Origin: the human T2T-CHM13v2.0 reference genome, Homo sapiens
DNA: 64,000 nucleotides
NCBI RefSeq assembly: GCF_009914755.1
Contig: NC_060947.1
Strand: one strand, 5' to 3'
The position numbers were made by a program, and so were the translations under genes. Shown here one piece after another: positions 15,298 through 32,121 of this stretch (the first letter of the stretch is position 1; the number at the start of each line of letters is the position of its first letter). The notes below the pieces were generated by a model. The model was not told the origin of the DNA and did not search any database. It worked only from the letters and a program-made list of their open reading frames with translations.

Positions 15298-16804
15298 TGA
15301 CAGTGGGAGAGGCAGGGAAGGACTGCTTATTATGGGAGGAGTGGGGGCTGGGGTGACAGAAGTAGAGAGAGGTGAGGAGGAGGAAAGCCCCACATGAATC
15401 ACTAGCAGAATTCTGAGGGATCCTTGTCAAAGCCTCTTTGCCATTTAGGAGTTAAGCCTACTTAGGCTGGTGCAAAATCCCCAGTAATCTGATGGCTTTT
15501 GCCCCATAAAGCAGTGATCTCTTTATGACCAATGCCTCCTTCCAAAGAGAGGTGTTGTTATATCTAGGGGTGATGGCCTGTTTTCTTAATTCATTGAAAT
15601 TTCAAAATGATTAAGACTGCTCAAAGGGGAAAGAGGACAGATGGAGGGGAGTGATGTGCATTCCCAGTCCTCATTCAATGCCTGTTGTGGGGTGGCAGGG
15701 GGGTTGCTAATACTTAGACAGCAACTTTCAGAAGATATAAAAAGGTTTTCCTGATGATGTCTTTCGAATTCTGACAGAACATATGAGATGCAAGCCTTCT
15801 TCTCAATTGTCAGTTAGCCATTTGGGACATAGAACTGGGGCTCTAGTTCCCCCTTGTCTGAATAAAATGCAGCAGTCTTTTTAGATGGAATCTTTCTGTG
15901 TTGCTCTGGCTGATCTCAAATTCCTGGGCTCAAGATATCCTCCCCTCAGCCTCCTAGGTAGCCAGGAATACAGGCATAGGCCACCAGCAAGCAGTAATCT
16001 TTTTGTGGGAGTTGGCATCTGACACAAAGCAAGGTTTCTAATGCTTTATGTGCCAAAAGGATCCAGTGGCTTATACTCTGGTGCTCTAGAATAAGAAGAG
16101 TGGATTTTAGCCCCTGTTCTACTACTTCTTGGCTGTGTGACCTTAGACAATTTATAACACTTCCCTGATCTTCAGTGTCCTTATTTAAAAACTGAGTAGC
16201 TGTAACAAAACTCTCTCATGCTTGCTGTGAAGACTGTAGGAAATAAAAAAGTATTTTTTTAAACGGAAACTTTGTACATATGTAAGGGATATTTACAAGT
16301 AGAAAAGGGTACTTGGCAACTTCTCTCTACTTAGCACACTCTCACCTGAGCCCCTTTGGATAAACTGATTTGCTAGGGTTGAGAACAAAGTATGTAGCCA
16401 TGGAACTGTTTCTGTGCAAACCTAACTGGCATGTCAGAAAGCCAAATAGTGATCTTAGTCTCAATGGCACTTTCCTATCACCAGAGGCATAGAGAGGCAA
16501 TCTTTGGAGTCCAAGGTATCTGAGTTTGGTACTAGGTTCTGCCATTTATTAACTATGTGGGAAAATTAATCAACATTCTTGAGCCTCATGATTGTCATCT
16601 GTGGAACAGAATTAATAACAGTTTCTGTCCCTCAAAAATGTCCTAAGTTTTAAATTAGAATGTCCATATGTAGTCCATAGCACAGGCTCTGTCTGACACA
16701 GTAGCTTTTCAATAAATGGAAGCTTTAGATGCTGCTGTTATTTTAAGTGAGCGAAAAACTCTGAGATTATACATATACTAAGATTCGTTTAAAATTTCTT
16801 CACT

Positions 16805-17030
16805 ATAGTCTGGGCAATATAATGAGACCCCATCTGTACAAAAAAATTAAAAAAATTAGCCAGGTGTGGGGGTGAGCATCTGCAGTCCCACCTAACTACT
16901 TCGGAGGCTGAGGTGGGAGGATCACTTGAGCAGAGAAGGTCAAGGCTGCAGTAAGCCATGATTGCACCACTGCACTCCCCAGCCTGAGCGACACAGTCAG
17001 ACCCTGTCTCAAAAAAAAAAAAAAAAAAAA
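16805..17030 (+). mobile_element. Partial Alu (AluJ type)
   Basis: End of left arm, right arm and poly-A. Confidence 0.88.
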
Positions 17031-19619
17031 GGATCTTTACTGAATGCCAACCATGTGCCAAGGAATACTAGAGATACAGTGGTAGCCAAATTACCTGACT
17101 TTCAACAAGCATTTGGGAGTAAGTGAAAGCAAGACTCTATTCTGGCTCAGAAATTAATATGCCTAAGCTATTAAGGTCTTGGAGGCTGAGGCTGAAGCGG
17201 AGATGATTTTTTTTTAGACTCTGGGACTCAGGTACTCACTAAAGGAATGGGAAAGTGTGCAGATAGTATCAGGCACAGGAGGACATACAGAGGAAGAAAG
17301 ATAGTGTTTTTAGGGAGAAAGTAGTACTACTTCCCTTTGTAATAGGAAAAACCAAACCAAATAAGGAAACAAAATGAACAAATAACCATTCACTAGCTGT
17401 GGACAGGACAAAAACACCAAGGGGCCTCACCTGAGTCCTTCCTTTCCAACATTCTGCCTTTTCCTTGTCAAAGCAGGAATTTAAGAAAGGACCTAAGAAT
17501 TCATTCATACCTCCGTGTTGTAGGACCAATGTGAATTGCCTGGAAACTAGCCTCAGGAGTGATATCATAGTCAAGTCCCAGTTCATTGTGGGTCAAGGAA
17601 TCTGGCTCCAGCCTCAGTTTCTTAGGAAAGAAGCCAGTGGGAGTTACACAGCCTCTGATATAACTTGAAAAACTGCCCACCTTGGCAGATGGTTATCCAT
17701 CCATGGGGCTCAGTGACCTGTGATCAGATTGAACCAAATGAGGGCTGTGGCAATGGTGCCTTTGGGAGGCTTGGTGAGGCAGAGTTGGAGGTCAGAGAAG
17801 CTAAGTTGCCCTGAACCTTTCCTGAGGAATGTGTCTTCTGTTTCTTTAGAGAGTTGCACTCTCACCAATGACCAGCTGCCTTCTGGGTGAAGTGAAAGTA
17901 AGTACCCTGCTGACTTTGACTTTCTGTCTCCTCTTCTTGCCTTTGGTTCAAGACGGAGGAAATCACTTTGTGCTGCAAAGAGCTGACTGACACCCCCACA
18001 CACTGCATCATCTTGCCTTTGGGGAATGGGGAAGAGAGTGGGCAGGGTTGGCCTTCATCAAGACCGTTGAGGGTTAACACAAGTTGGCATTGGAGGCCCT
18101 TACCACCTTCCCAAGAGAGATCCTGAGACATGCTGCCTAATGGAAACTTGCCATTCCTCACTTCAGCATTCCCTTTCCTCTCTCTACCGCTTTCCTCCTT
18201 CAACTTCCACAGCTCCCCAGGACCAGTTTAATTTGTCCAGTATTGAAATCATCCCAGGCAAAGCAGCCAGCCTCCTCTCTTTACTAACAACTGGAGTGAG
18301 GACTGAGGAGGCCTGGAGGCTTACTGGTTGCCATGGTAAGAAGTAGGCCCTGAGAGGATTAATGAGCAGAGAGCTGGAGTTTTTTTGTTTGTTAGTTTTG
18401 ATGAGTTTTGTTTGCTTTTCTTCCTCCACCCACCTGCCCCCCTGTTCCCCTCCCACCTACCCCTCCAGAGTCTCAAACCACTAAAGCAGAAGGAGATTAC
18501 TAGGAGCAAAATCAGCTCCTGACGTGGGCTACACTAAATCCAGGCTGCCCTGCTGAGGGTAATTGGTGTACACTTTGTAATGTAGACTCTGGGAGAGCCA
18601 AGTTTGGAAGGCAAGATGTACCACCTTTGTGGCATGGCACAGCATCCTGAGGCAGAGGGGGCCTGCTAGGGGAGGAGGGGGCGTTGAAGCTCTCTGAAGC
18701 CTCCACACTTTTTCCTTTCTGGCCAAATAGGAAAGTCACAGGCAAACTAAAAGCCAGTTTAGGCTGAGAAAGGCAGCTAAGTCCTGACCTTCTGTCTTGT
18801 GTCTGCCACACCCCAAGATCCCTTTCTACCAGAGTCCAGGCACCCGCTCCACAAAATCTCCTTCAATCAGCTTCCTCTCTTCCCACTGGTGAGCAAGGTA
18901 GATCATATTCATAGAGAAGATATGAGCTCCTGAAAGGGTGTGAGGTTATTATGTTACAATTATTCCTGTTGTTATTAGTGTTTTTGTGTTATTATTATTA
19001 TTTTAAATTAGTTCCCTTCAATTTAATCCATGGCTCTGAGAATGGAGACAGCTGATTCGGGGAGATTTTTTGGACTGGGTACCTGAACTGCACTAAAAAA
19101 TGACCTTGCTTCCTTATTAATTAGTAATCTGGGGCTGAGGAGCAATAAGAAAGGAGAAGGGCATGGGAAGGAAACTCTGAGCGGACCAGCAAGGCCAGAT
19201 AATGGCCAATGGTGAAGTCTCAGTGTCTCCTATCTCCTCTTTCATTCTGTGGCAACTGCATAAAGCTACCTTGATTCGAGGATCATCTCACAGTGAAAAT
19301 ATCCAATGGTGTCCCTGTACTTCTAGTTCAATCCTTTTATCCATCCCAGCCTAGGAATGGGTACCCTGCTCCCTTTTTGACCCTCCAAACATGTATTCTC
19401 AGTTTCCAAGGTTTCTATTTATCCTCACTTAGGTATTGCTTTATGTATACTCTCAAAACCTTTTCTTCTCTCCATGGGTTTATTTTCCCAGCAAGATGGC
19501 ATATTTCCTGAAGGCAGGTTCTGTGTCATAAACTCCACTAGAATCCCGCTTCTTCAGGGCTCTGAATACGATGGGAACTTGGTGAATGTATCTTGATTTA
19601 CTGCTCATGAAGCAAGAGC

Positions 19620-20639
<1,020 letters not shown>

Positions 20640-21009
20640 GAGTGCATATCCATCATGAAAGGAGATGGGATTGGGAAGGGTGATAAAGAGGGAAATAAAT
20701 AAAGTAAAAATAAATAAAAATAGAAATAAAATGATACAAAGTGGGCCATGCATAAACTGATGATGATAATATGACTCTAACAGTATTCCAGTCAATGAAA
20801 TTCTTTGCACCTGAAGCACATCCCTTACCCTGAAAGAAAAAAAAAAAGAAAGAAATGAGATAAGGTATAGGAAAGTGCCCAAAGCAGTGTCTGGCAACCA
20901 ATACTTGCTCAGCAAATGCAAGTTTCCATTTTCCTGCTTCACCCTTCTTCTTCCTTGAGAGGGAAGTGGTAGTGAGCAGGGAATACTAAGAGCCCAGAAA
21001 CTAAACATC

Positions 21010-21350
21010 TGTTGTCTTAGTCTGTTTTGTGCTGCTATAACAGAAAACCAAAGACTAGGTAATTTATAAAGAACATAAATTTATTTCCATAGTTCTAGAA
21101 GCTGGAGAGTTCAGGATCAAGGCGCCAATAGATTTGGTCTCTGGTTCCAAGATGGGGCCTTGCTGTGTCCCCAGCATTGAAACGGATAAGGCAGAAGGAC
21201 TTGAGAGTGAACCGACTCCCACAAGCCCTTTTTATAGTTGACATTAATCCATTCATGTGGTTGGAGCCTCCCAAAAGGCCCATATTCCAACACTGTCACT
21301 TTGGAGATTAATTTCCAGCATATGAATTTTAAGGAACACATCGAGTCCAT
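21010..21350. mobile_element. MaLR LTR (MLT1/MST type)
   Basis: tgtcttagtctgttttgtgctgctataacagaaaaccaaagactaggtaatttataaagaaca...atttccagcatatgaattt. Confidence 0.8.
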
Positions 21351-21777
21351 GGCACCTGAACATTTAAACGTGTCCTTGGATGTCAATTGGTCCACCTGGA
21401 GGAGGTGCCCCTGCTGAAGGGCACCAAAAGTGAAACAAAAACACCTCATTGGAGACCAGCAAGGGGCCTCCACATCCTGAATGTTTCTCATTGGGATGTG
21501 GGCTCCCTTTGTTCCTCTTAATCCCAATTCCACCATCTTTGTGCTGAGAACTTGATCCAAGGAGCCTAATCAGTAAGGCTGCCAGCTTGGCAGTCCTGTA
21601 TTTAATGAAACTAACCTCTCTATTCACTCAAGGATCATTAAAAAGCTTTATTTCTTCTTCTGACAGATGCAACACTACACTTGCCCAGAGATTCCCCTGG
21701 CTGCTCTGAGAAATGGGCAACATAGCTCAGGAAGCTGAGGGCCGAGACACCTGACAGCTGGTTTAAGGAAAGTGCCA

Positions 21778-22192
<415 letters not shown>

Positions 22193-23636
22193 CTACCTTT
22201 CTTGAATAGGGACACAGAATATGAACACAAAGGCAGGGATGGTGTTTGACTGAGTATACCCAGACACTTAGCTGAAGGGTCTCTGGTAGGGAAATGCTCA
22301 GACAGCCTGCTTTTTACCTGTTTCAGCCTTGATTTCTACTGAAGGCTGATCATTTTAGCCCAACCTAGCTTCAGCCTGAAGATGGCCAGTTCTAGGGATA
22401 GTAGCCTTTAGAGACCTTCTGCTAGAGAAGAGAAGAGAAGAGAAAACAATGGGCAAAGCCTTGCTCCCAAGGACATGGTTTTAGGAAGAGCAATCCCTGA
22501 GACTTGAGTGGTGACAATGGAGACAACCACACAGGAATGCAAGTCTCCAGTCTGGCTCTGACCTACTTTATTGCTGGGGAATAACATTCCTTGCAGTGGT
22601 CCCAAGACAGAAGCAGGCCAGTTTTCTACAAACTAAGAAAATGGTATAGATGAGAAAGGAACAGACAAATATATATGGGGTCATAAAAGGGAAAGACTTC
22701 TGCAAAGAGCACTTGCTTATCATTTTTTTTTCACTTCTTCTGAGCCAAGCTCCTGCTGGCTAGGATTGTCATTGGGCCAGTGTCAGGACCTGACATTAAC
22801 CTTGGTTTTAGCAATACCAAGAAACAAGGAGGCCTGGTCCTACCAGGCCACAAAGCTGCTTGACTGTCTGCCTAGGGGAAAAGGAATTCGGCCACATGGT
22901 AAGCATCCCTATTTGTGTGCACTTGTCTCCTCGCCTTCATTTCGTCTTTATCTCTACCTCCTCCCCCAACCCCAAGCTGTGGGGTATTTGGTCCTCCTGG
23001 CTCCTTTCTCTACATCTGTTGTCTATCTGTCTTTTTTGCCTCCAAGATCAGGCAATTGGGATTTGCTGATTTAAAATTTGTATTTAAAGGTTTTGCATGC
23101 TGCCAGCTCAGGAACACAAATGGAGTACCAGTGCGCTCTGGATACTCTTTCGTCCAATGTCCTTGGTGGGATGAGGGAGGGAGGCAGGAGGAGCTAGGGC
23201 CAGGTGATAAGGGAATATTGCTGGTTATGTGTCCCAAAGCATACTTCTTCAGCTCTATTACCAACTGCCCCTCCCCATCCTCCTGGACTCCTGAAGAGAG
23301 AGGCACTGAGGTTGGGGTGGGTGCAGAGAGAAAGGAAGAATTACTGTGTTATGGAGAACTCACTACATGCCTCCAACCATGTCAGGAACTCTACATATAT
23401 TGCTTTACTTCGTGCTCACAACAGGCTGTGAGGTTAGTAATATTATCGTTCCCTAGTTTATAGTTGAGAATACTGAGCCCCAAAGAGGATAAGCAACTTC
23501 CCTCAGGGTCTCACAGACAGTAATAATGTTGAGCCAAGATTCAAACCCAGGTTTGGCTGACTAGCTGTAATGCCCTTAACAGCTGCTCTGTTAAGAGCAC
23601 TAGTTAATGTTCCTGGCCATGTCACCAATATATACT

Positions 23637-23950
<314 letters not shown>

Positions 23951-25976
23951 CAATATGTACTATTAGTGAAAAAATCTGTTTGGGCCCCAGATTCCTCTGG
24001 TATAAAATGGGAATGATGGCCCTTTGCCTGACTACTGGGCTTGCTGTGAAGGTCAAACTGGTTAAGGCATATGGAATAATAAAGAACCATTTCCCTTTGT
24101 GTGAGGGTAGGGAATCAAAGCCTGATCTATGAGCTGGGCTGCCTGGGTTCCAGTCATGGCTGTGTCCTTCCCTGGTTCTTGACCTTGGATAAAATTACTT
24201 CAGGTTTCTGGGCCTCAACTATAAACTGAAGGAGGTGGCCTCAAAGGGCTCCTGCAGGTCTATGGGGCTGTGATCATTTCCCCTCTCTGAGTCTTAGGCT
24301 GTCTGCCTGCTGCTAGAGGGAGATGGTCCCACTCAGCCTTCTCCCTTCATTCTGCTTACATCGAATGGATCTGAAATAGTTTGGAATGAACAAGAAGCTA
24401 GAGTCCCAAAGTCCCCATGCCTTCTTCTGTCTTCCCTCACCTTCTACCATCACAGTGTTGGTCCCAGGTATTGCTCTCATTCCCACCTCCTTGTTATTAA
24501 TGAGGGGAGAGACAGGGCCTTAACGCAATCTCCTCATAGCCCAGCATAGCCCTACTCCCAGTGTACCCTTCTAAAGAAAAAGTTGTGAAGTTGGCTTCAC
24601 TTGTGTCATCTGATGATGCTCTTGGGGACTACGGGTAGGGCCTAGTCCAAGGCGTGGGCCATGAAGCAACTCACAGTAACAGAGGCTTGATAGTCATTTG
24701 CAATCCTAAAATGCTGCACTTCCTCCCAGTCATATCTTGAATTAATGAAGAGCCATTTTATTGGGAGTCTACTATGTACAAAGTACTCTGTTGGGCACTA
24801 GGAAGGGAACACTCAGACAAGAAGCTAACAGGCTGGTGGGTGAGATGGATGTGTTTTCTAGCACATAGAGCACTTCGTGTACTTCACAAGGGCATACAGG
24901 ACTTTATCTCATCAGATTTTCAAAACTTCTAGGAGATATACAGGACAGTACCATCCTTATTTTAGTGAACTGAGTCGCATAAGTACACGCGAGCCTGTAA
25001 AAGTAAGAATAAAAATAGAAGAGTAGGTGCCAATTGCAGAGATGTCTGATGATGTGAGGTAGACAGGTTCTAACCACACAGTACAGTGAGCTTTTGGGAG
25101 AGAAGCACTATGGGAAGACCTTGCTTTCATGTTTAGCCAGCTTATTCTTGGAAAACTGAGGGGTCACCAAGACTATTTTTATGCAGAGGAGTCAAAGCCT
25201 AAGGAACTGATGAAGACTGAGTTCTGTTTTCAGGTAGCCCACTGATTGAGAAGATGGAGGGGTTTCTGCAGAATAATCAGGGCCAAGAGAAAAATTGCCA
25301 CTAAGCCTGCCTTAGGAAGGTTCCAGAATGGAGTCTTAGAACTTGATCAAGAAGAGTCCAGGAGGCTGTCCACAAAGCTTGGCTCAGAGTTTTGAATGAG
25401 CCTATCCTGCAGCGCAGCCCGAGGTCCTCTCAGCATCTGCCCTCTCTGGAGGCACTCTCTAAGCTCCTGGAGTTCTGCAGGTAACCCAGCCCCCAAAGCT
25501 CTGGCTTCTTTCAAAAACAGAGCTGGAGGGCACATCTGCCAAACTCCTTCACTGACAAGCAATCTCTTCTCTGGCAGCCCTGCTCTGCCCTTCCACTGGA
25601 ATAATTGAGCACAGATGTATGTGCATGCGAGTGCATGCATATCTGTGTACTTGGGAGAGGTGGGGGATGCAGGTGTATTGCCTGGGGAGGAGAGGATTCT
25701 CGCTGTTCTGTTATCTTACTAGCTGCTTCCAGGTATTTGCTTTTGCTGCCCTCCCTCCTTTCCTATCCTGGCCCTCCTGCAGATTCATTGGAGGGGCTCT
25801 CTCCTTGCTCTATGCCCTAAGGCTACACTGTCCCAGAGCCCGACTGCAGCAAAACACTAAAAACCCTGCAGGCATCAGGAACCAGGTCCTGAGTGAAGGA
25901 CTAAATCTGGAAGTGGAGATTCAGGAGAGGGGACTCATGTACATGTCGTGTGCCTAGTGGTTAGGAGCCTGGGATC

Positions 25977-26157
<181 letters not shown>

Positions 26158-26675
26158 CTAGGTTCATAATGTTGTTCCGTATTCTACCACCAATGTAACC
26201 TCTCTGTGCCTCAGTTGCCTTGCCTATAAAATGGAGATAACAGTACCTTCCTTATAAGAGTGTTTCACAGAATCAATGCATAATTATCTATAAAGCAGTT
26301 AGAACAGGGCTGGACATATACCAAGTAATCAAAAACTATTAGCTATTAGTTTCAGTCTGTCTTCTAAGATTTGTTTCCAACTCCCAAGCTGCCAGGGACT
26401 CCTATTAGTTGCCTGCCCTGATGAGGGTGCCTGCCCTCTTTAAGGCAGGTGCCATGGCACCTTGTAAAGGTTTCTTTCCATGGAACTTGGGCTCAGCCCT
26501 AGCCAAGTGTGATCAGCTCTGAAGCCTTGGAGATTTCTAGGAAGTGCTGCTTGTGCTGGCTCCAATGCTGTGATTCCTTCAGGAGCTTAAGGCCCAGTAG
26601 TCTTCTCCACACAGAGGGCAGAAGGAACTAGATTTGGGGAAGAGGTAGATGCCTGAGTAGAAAAAAAACATAAGC

Positions 26676-27495
26676 TGTTATTCTTATGCTCTTACCCAAC
26701 AACATTCAACATGGAACACTTCTGTGACCAAATGTGTGGTGTGTTTCCCAATTTCTCACACACCAAGCAAGCAACTCTGCAGGAGACACCAGCTGGATGT
26801 CCTCCGATTCAATTCTGATGCTACCTACCTGGAGATAGCGTCAGATCCTGCAGGTTGAGGGCTCAGTCCCCAAGCCTGTCTCCCACTTCCAGTGCCAATC
26901 ACAAGCCCCAGGTTATTTTGCCTCTGCTTCTGACTGACTGGCTATAAATCGGGGTTCCCATGAACCCTTCCGCAGGTTTGATCAGTTTGCTAGAGCAGCT
27001 CACAGAACTCAGGGAAGCACTTACTTAATTTTACCAGTTAGAAAGGAGATTTTAAAGGATACAAATGAATGGCCAGATGAAGAGATACACAGGGTGAGAG
27101 CTAAAGTCCTGAGCACAGGAGCTTCTGTCTCTGTGGAGTTGGGATATGCCATCCTCCTGGTGGGCAGATGTTCAAACTCCATGTATGGCTATCCACAGGC
27201 TTTTCAAACCCTGTCTTTCTGGGTTTTTATGAAGGCTTTATTATGTAGGCTTGATTGATTAAATCATTGGCCATCAGTGATTAACTTAACTTTCAGCCCT
27301 TCTCCCCTCCTAGGAGGCTGGGGGTGTGGCTGAACATCACAATCCTCTAATTCTGCCTTGGTCTTTTTGGTGATCAACTCCCATCCTGAGGCTACCTACC
27401 TGCTGCCAGCCATAAGTCAACTCATTAGCATACAAAAAAGCATCACTTTGAAGATTGTAAAGATTTTAGGAATAGTATAGCCAAGAACAGCAGGA
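26676..27495. mobile_element. Solo LTR, MER21-like
   Basis: cacttctgtgaccaaatgtgtgg...gacaccagctggatgtcctcc...ctacctggagatagcgtcagatcc matches the MER21 family pattern. Confidence 0.75.
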
Positions 27496-28019
27496 AATGC
27501 CAGAAAAGGGTCAGAGAGAGAGTCTTGTCTTGCAAGGGCTGAGGAAGGCCCTTCTTGCCCTCAACAAGAGCATGATCCCCACTGACACCCACCTATGCAG
27601 TTTGCCAAAGAGGTTACCTCAGAAGGTTCATCAGCCCATGGCCTAAAGGATTAAGAGAGTTTCAAATAGATGAAAACTCCAGTGTAGAGAAAAGAGGAAA
27701 AATAGCTGTGAGCTCCAGGCCAACTTTTGGAGAAGCAAAAAATTAAAAATAGCTGAGCTTTAAATCTCTTTTTTTTTTATTTGGTGTGGTGGGGGGTGGT
27801 TGGAGCTTGAGGAGGGCTGGAGCTGAGCAGGATGCAAGAAACATTTGTTCTGCTTGCTCCAGGAAGAAGTGAGTGTGTGTGAATTCAATTTTTTGGATCA
27901 CTGCCCAGAGTGGTCACACACCACCACAGATCAAGGATCCCCTTGCCACCAGAATTCTCTTTGCACTGAGCACCTCACCCCTACTCTCTGCCTGCAGCTG
28001 TTGCAACTTCTGGTCTTCC

Positions 28020-28717
28020 TGCTAGTGGCAAATCTGTACGGGTCTGCAGCAACCTCAATTCTCGACTCCTCAGAAGAAAGAATTCGATGGAGGGTCATAA
28101 GGCAAAGGGAAAGACTGAGGCAAGTTTTAGAGGAGGAGTGAAAGTTTCTGAAGAAGTTTTAGTGTAGGAACAAAAGGATGTAACGTATACTTGTAAGAAG
28201 ACCAAGCAGGCGACTTGAGAGGTTCAAATGCATGGTTTGACCTTCGACTTGGGGTTTTATATGTTGGCACGCTTCTGGGGGTTTGCATCTCTTCTCTCTT
28301 GATTCTTCCCTTGGGGTGGGCTGTCCACATGTGCACTGGCCTGCCAGCATTTGGGAGGGGCCGTATGCACAGTACGTTTACTGAAGTTGTAAGCATGCTC
28401 ACATGAGGCGTTCTTTCCTTATCAGTTGAGTGTTCTAGAGGAAGGCCATATACCAGTTAAACTCTGCCATTTTGCCTCTTAGTGCACATGCTTGAACCCA
28501 CTAGCCCAGCTCCTGAGATCTTATCAGGAAGCTGCTGATCACCAGTTTTAGGTTTTTCTATCTATTGGGAGACATTCCCTGGTGCCAACTGCAACCAATT
28601 ATTATTTTAGAGAGACAGTTTAAAAATCACCTGACCATCACCTGATGGTCACCTGACATTCCTAGTTTTGGGGGAGCCCTCTCCTGCCCTGCTCATGTCT
28701 GACTACCTACTATAACA
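28020..28717. mobile_element. Solo ERV1-class LTR, MER50-like
   Basis: TG...CA ends; gggtctgcagcaacctcaattc...cctcagaagaaagaattcga motif. Confidence 0.7.
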
Positions 28718-28977
28718 TTTCCAGGGCCTGGGCATGCCTCTTTGCAGGATTCAGTGGCACCAGATTGGCTCACACTTGAAGAATACACATCTGGTCCTTG
28801 TGCATTCAACTGGACACTGGTAGTGGAGGGAGGCAGCATACCCCTGGCCCAGCTCAGCCACAGCGGTCAGCTCAGAGGACTCCAGAGGAGGTTGGAGCTG
28901 AGGGCTTGAGTCTGGAAGAGGGACATTACCCATCCCACAAAGACTTCTAAAGAGGTCCTCAGTAGAGAGGACCTCTT

Positions 28978-30160
28978 TGAAACTGCCTTTGCAAAAATTT
29001 TAACAGTGATAAAATTATGACAGTGAAAGAGATCTTACCTAACCAACTCCATCTTGCCTTTAACCTCCAAACTGCCCTTGATTATTCCTGGGTGTGGGCC
29101 AAGCTAACTTTGGTAGAAATTTATAGATTGAATGGTAATAGCCCTTCCCAAAACTAAACTGCCTTTATAAAACTAATACAAGGCCACAAGTTTAAGATTA
29201 TGAAAGGGGCCTGAATTCTGCTAAGATACAGGTGTAGTGAAATGATTAATAGCCATTGTTCCAGAGATCACAAGATTTGCAACATTGCCAATTGCTCCTG
29301 TAAATAACATCACTATTGTGGAACTTAAGATTGGCTTTTTAAGATGTCTTTTCAGACTTTTACATTTCTGACAACTGACTGGATGACTCCACCTGGAACA
29401 GCGACTCCTCTGTGGTCCCAAGCAGAAGTGGACTCAGCACATAAGGACCATTTTCCACAGCCCTATGATTGTCTCTTGAATATCCATATCTGTATTCTTC
29501 CTATTCCCATTTCCTCTTTTGGCTATAAGGTTTACTGCTACCAGTTTTTCAAAGGGGAGGGAGTAGCGGGACAAAAAAGCAGGTTGATAACTGCCAGAGT
29601 TCACACAGAACCAAACCATCCTTGAAAAACCTTACCCTTCAAATTTTCAGGGAGGCTGATTAGACTAATAATAAAACTCCAGTCTCCTGTTTAGCTGGCT
29701 CTGCATGTATTAAACTTTCTCTATTGCAATTCCCCTGTCTTGATAAATTGGCTGTATCTAGGTAGCAGGCAAGAAGAATGCCTTGGGTGGTGTATTAGTC
29801 CATTCTCACACTGCTGTGAGGAAATACCTGAGACTGGGTAATTTATAAAGAAAAGAAGCTTAATTGACTCACAGTTCTGCATGGCTAGGGAGGCCTCAGG
29901 AAACATACAATCATGGTGGAAGGCACCACTTCACAGGGATGCAGAAGAGAGAATAAGTGCAAACAGAGGAAATGCCAGATGATTCTAAAACCATTAGATC
30001 TCATGAGACTCACTATTACAAGAATTGAATGAGGCAAACCGCCCCCATGATCTGATTACCTCCACCTGTTCCTGCCCTTGACACATGGGGATTATGGAGA
30101 TTACAATTCAAGGTGAGATTTGGATGGGGACACAGAGCCAAACCATATCAGGTAGTTATA
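28978..30160 (+). mobile_element. Solo LTR8-like element, interrupted near its 3' end by a THE1/MST LTR
   Basis: tgaaactgcctttgcaaaa...ctaaccaactccatcttgc start; AATAAA near 29670. Confidence 0.75.
29791..30150 (-). mobile_element. THE1/MST (MaLR) solo LTR
   Basis: tgtattagtccattctcacactgct...cacagagccaaaccatatca; 360 bp; TSD ggtgg / ggtag. Confidence 0.9.
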
Positions 30161-30524
30161 GCTTCACTTGGGACTTTGACATTTGTCTGGGATAGGATGA
30201 GGATGGAGCATGGACTAGTTCCTGAGGGTGAGATTAGGGAAAATGCTGCCAAGAAGACACTGGCCAGGAGGGAGCCGGATGCTAGTAACTGAGACAAGAA
30301 GCCTGCCAACTCAAGCCAGACCTTGGGCTATTGGAATGTGGGAAGGAATTAAAGAACGAAGATAACAGCAATATCTATTGGATTTGATAAGGATTAATGC
30401 AAGTGAAGCACTTAGTACAGAGCCTAGCACACAGTAAGTACTTAACTAATGGCATCAAGCTGCAAACTCTATCATCTCTGTCTTTCAGAGGCCATAATGC
30501 ATGTTAGCATAGTGGAGGTTTTGT

Positions 30525-31187
<663 letters not shown>

Positions 31188-31452
31188 TACAGAGACACTA
31201 AAACAAACAAACAAACAAACAAACAAACAAAACAAAACAAAAACAAAAAACTTTGGTTAACCCAGGCTTCCCCAAATATATTTGCCTGCAGATTTTTTTT
31301 TTTTTTTTTTTTTAACATTAGACCTTTCACCATCCAGTGGAGATGACAATCTCTGGTCATGCTTTGGGAAACTCCACTCTCCTTCCAGTGAGGGGCTCTA
31401 GTAACATTTGTCACTGCTTTAAAAATGTTTCAATTTGATGTCAATTAATACT

Positions 31453-31748
31453 TTTTTTTTTTTTTTTTGAGACAAGGTCTGTCTCTGTTGCCCAGGCTGG
31501 AGTGCAGTGGCATGATCTCAGCTCACTGCAACCTACACCTCCTGGGCGCAAGCCATCCTCCCCCTTAGCCTCCCGAGTAGCTGGGACTACAGGTACGCAC
31601 CATCATACCTGGCAAATTTTTGTATTTTTTGTAGAGACAGGGTTTTGCCATGTTGCCCAGGCTGGTCTTGAACTTGTGAGCTCAAGCAATCCACCCACCT
31701 TGGCCTCCCAAAGTGCTGGGATTACAGGCATGAACCACTGGGCCTGGC
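31453..31748 (-). mobile_element. Alu (AluJ type)
   Basis: Reverse dimer; TSD aatactt. Confidence 0.92.
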
Positions 31749-32121
31749 AATACTTTCTTTCCTATTCATTAGCTCCTATTTGGAGAAGAAGTTGAGGGAG
31801 GTTCTCTTTAAAAATAGAGACTGTATCATCAGGGCTGCTGGGGAAAGGGAAAGAGACATTGTATCTTTGTTGGAATTTGGGCTTTCTAAGAGGAGGAGTA
31901 GAAACTATGCTGGTGGTTATGGTGGTTGTGGGATGAACAACAGGATGGATGTCCAGATGGACCAAGTCAGCCCTCTATTGTAATTCCTGGATGAAAGCTT
32001 GAAGGACCTAATCTCAAGAACACCAATGATCCTACTGTCCTCCTATATATATGAACAGAGATGGGAGGATGTTCTCTGGTTATTTAATAAAGGCCAGCCA
32101 CAAACAAGGCACCATACTAGG

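Noticed and set aside
22915-23463. Longest ORF in the window (182 aa)
   Set aside because: No recognisable domain, non-ATG start, and it runs into a MIR-like relic.
26447-26462. Perfect 16-bp palindrome AGGTGCCATGGCACCT
   Set aside because: About one such palindrome is expected by chance in 64 kb.
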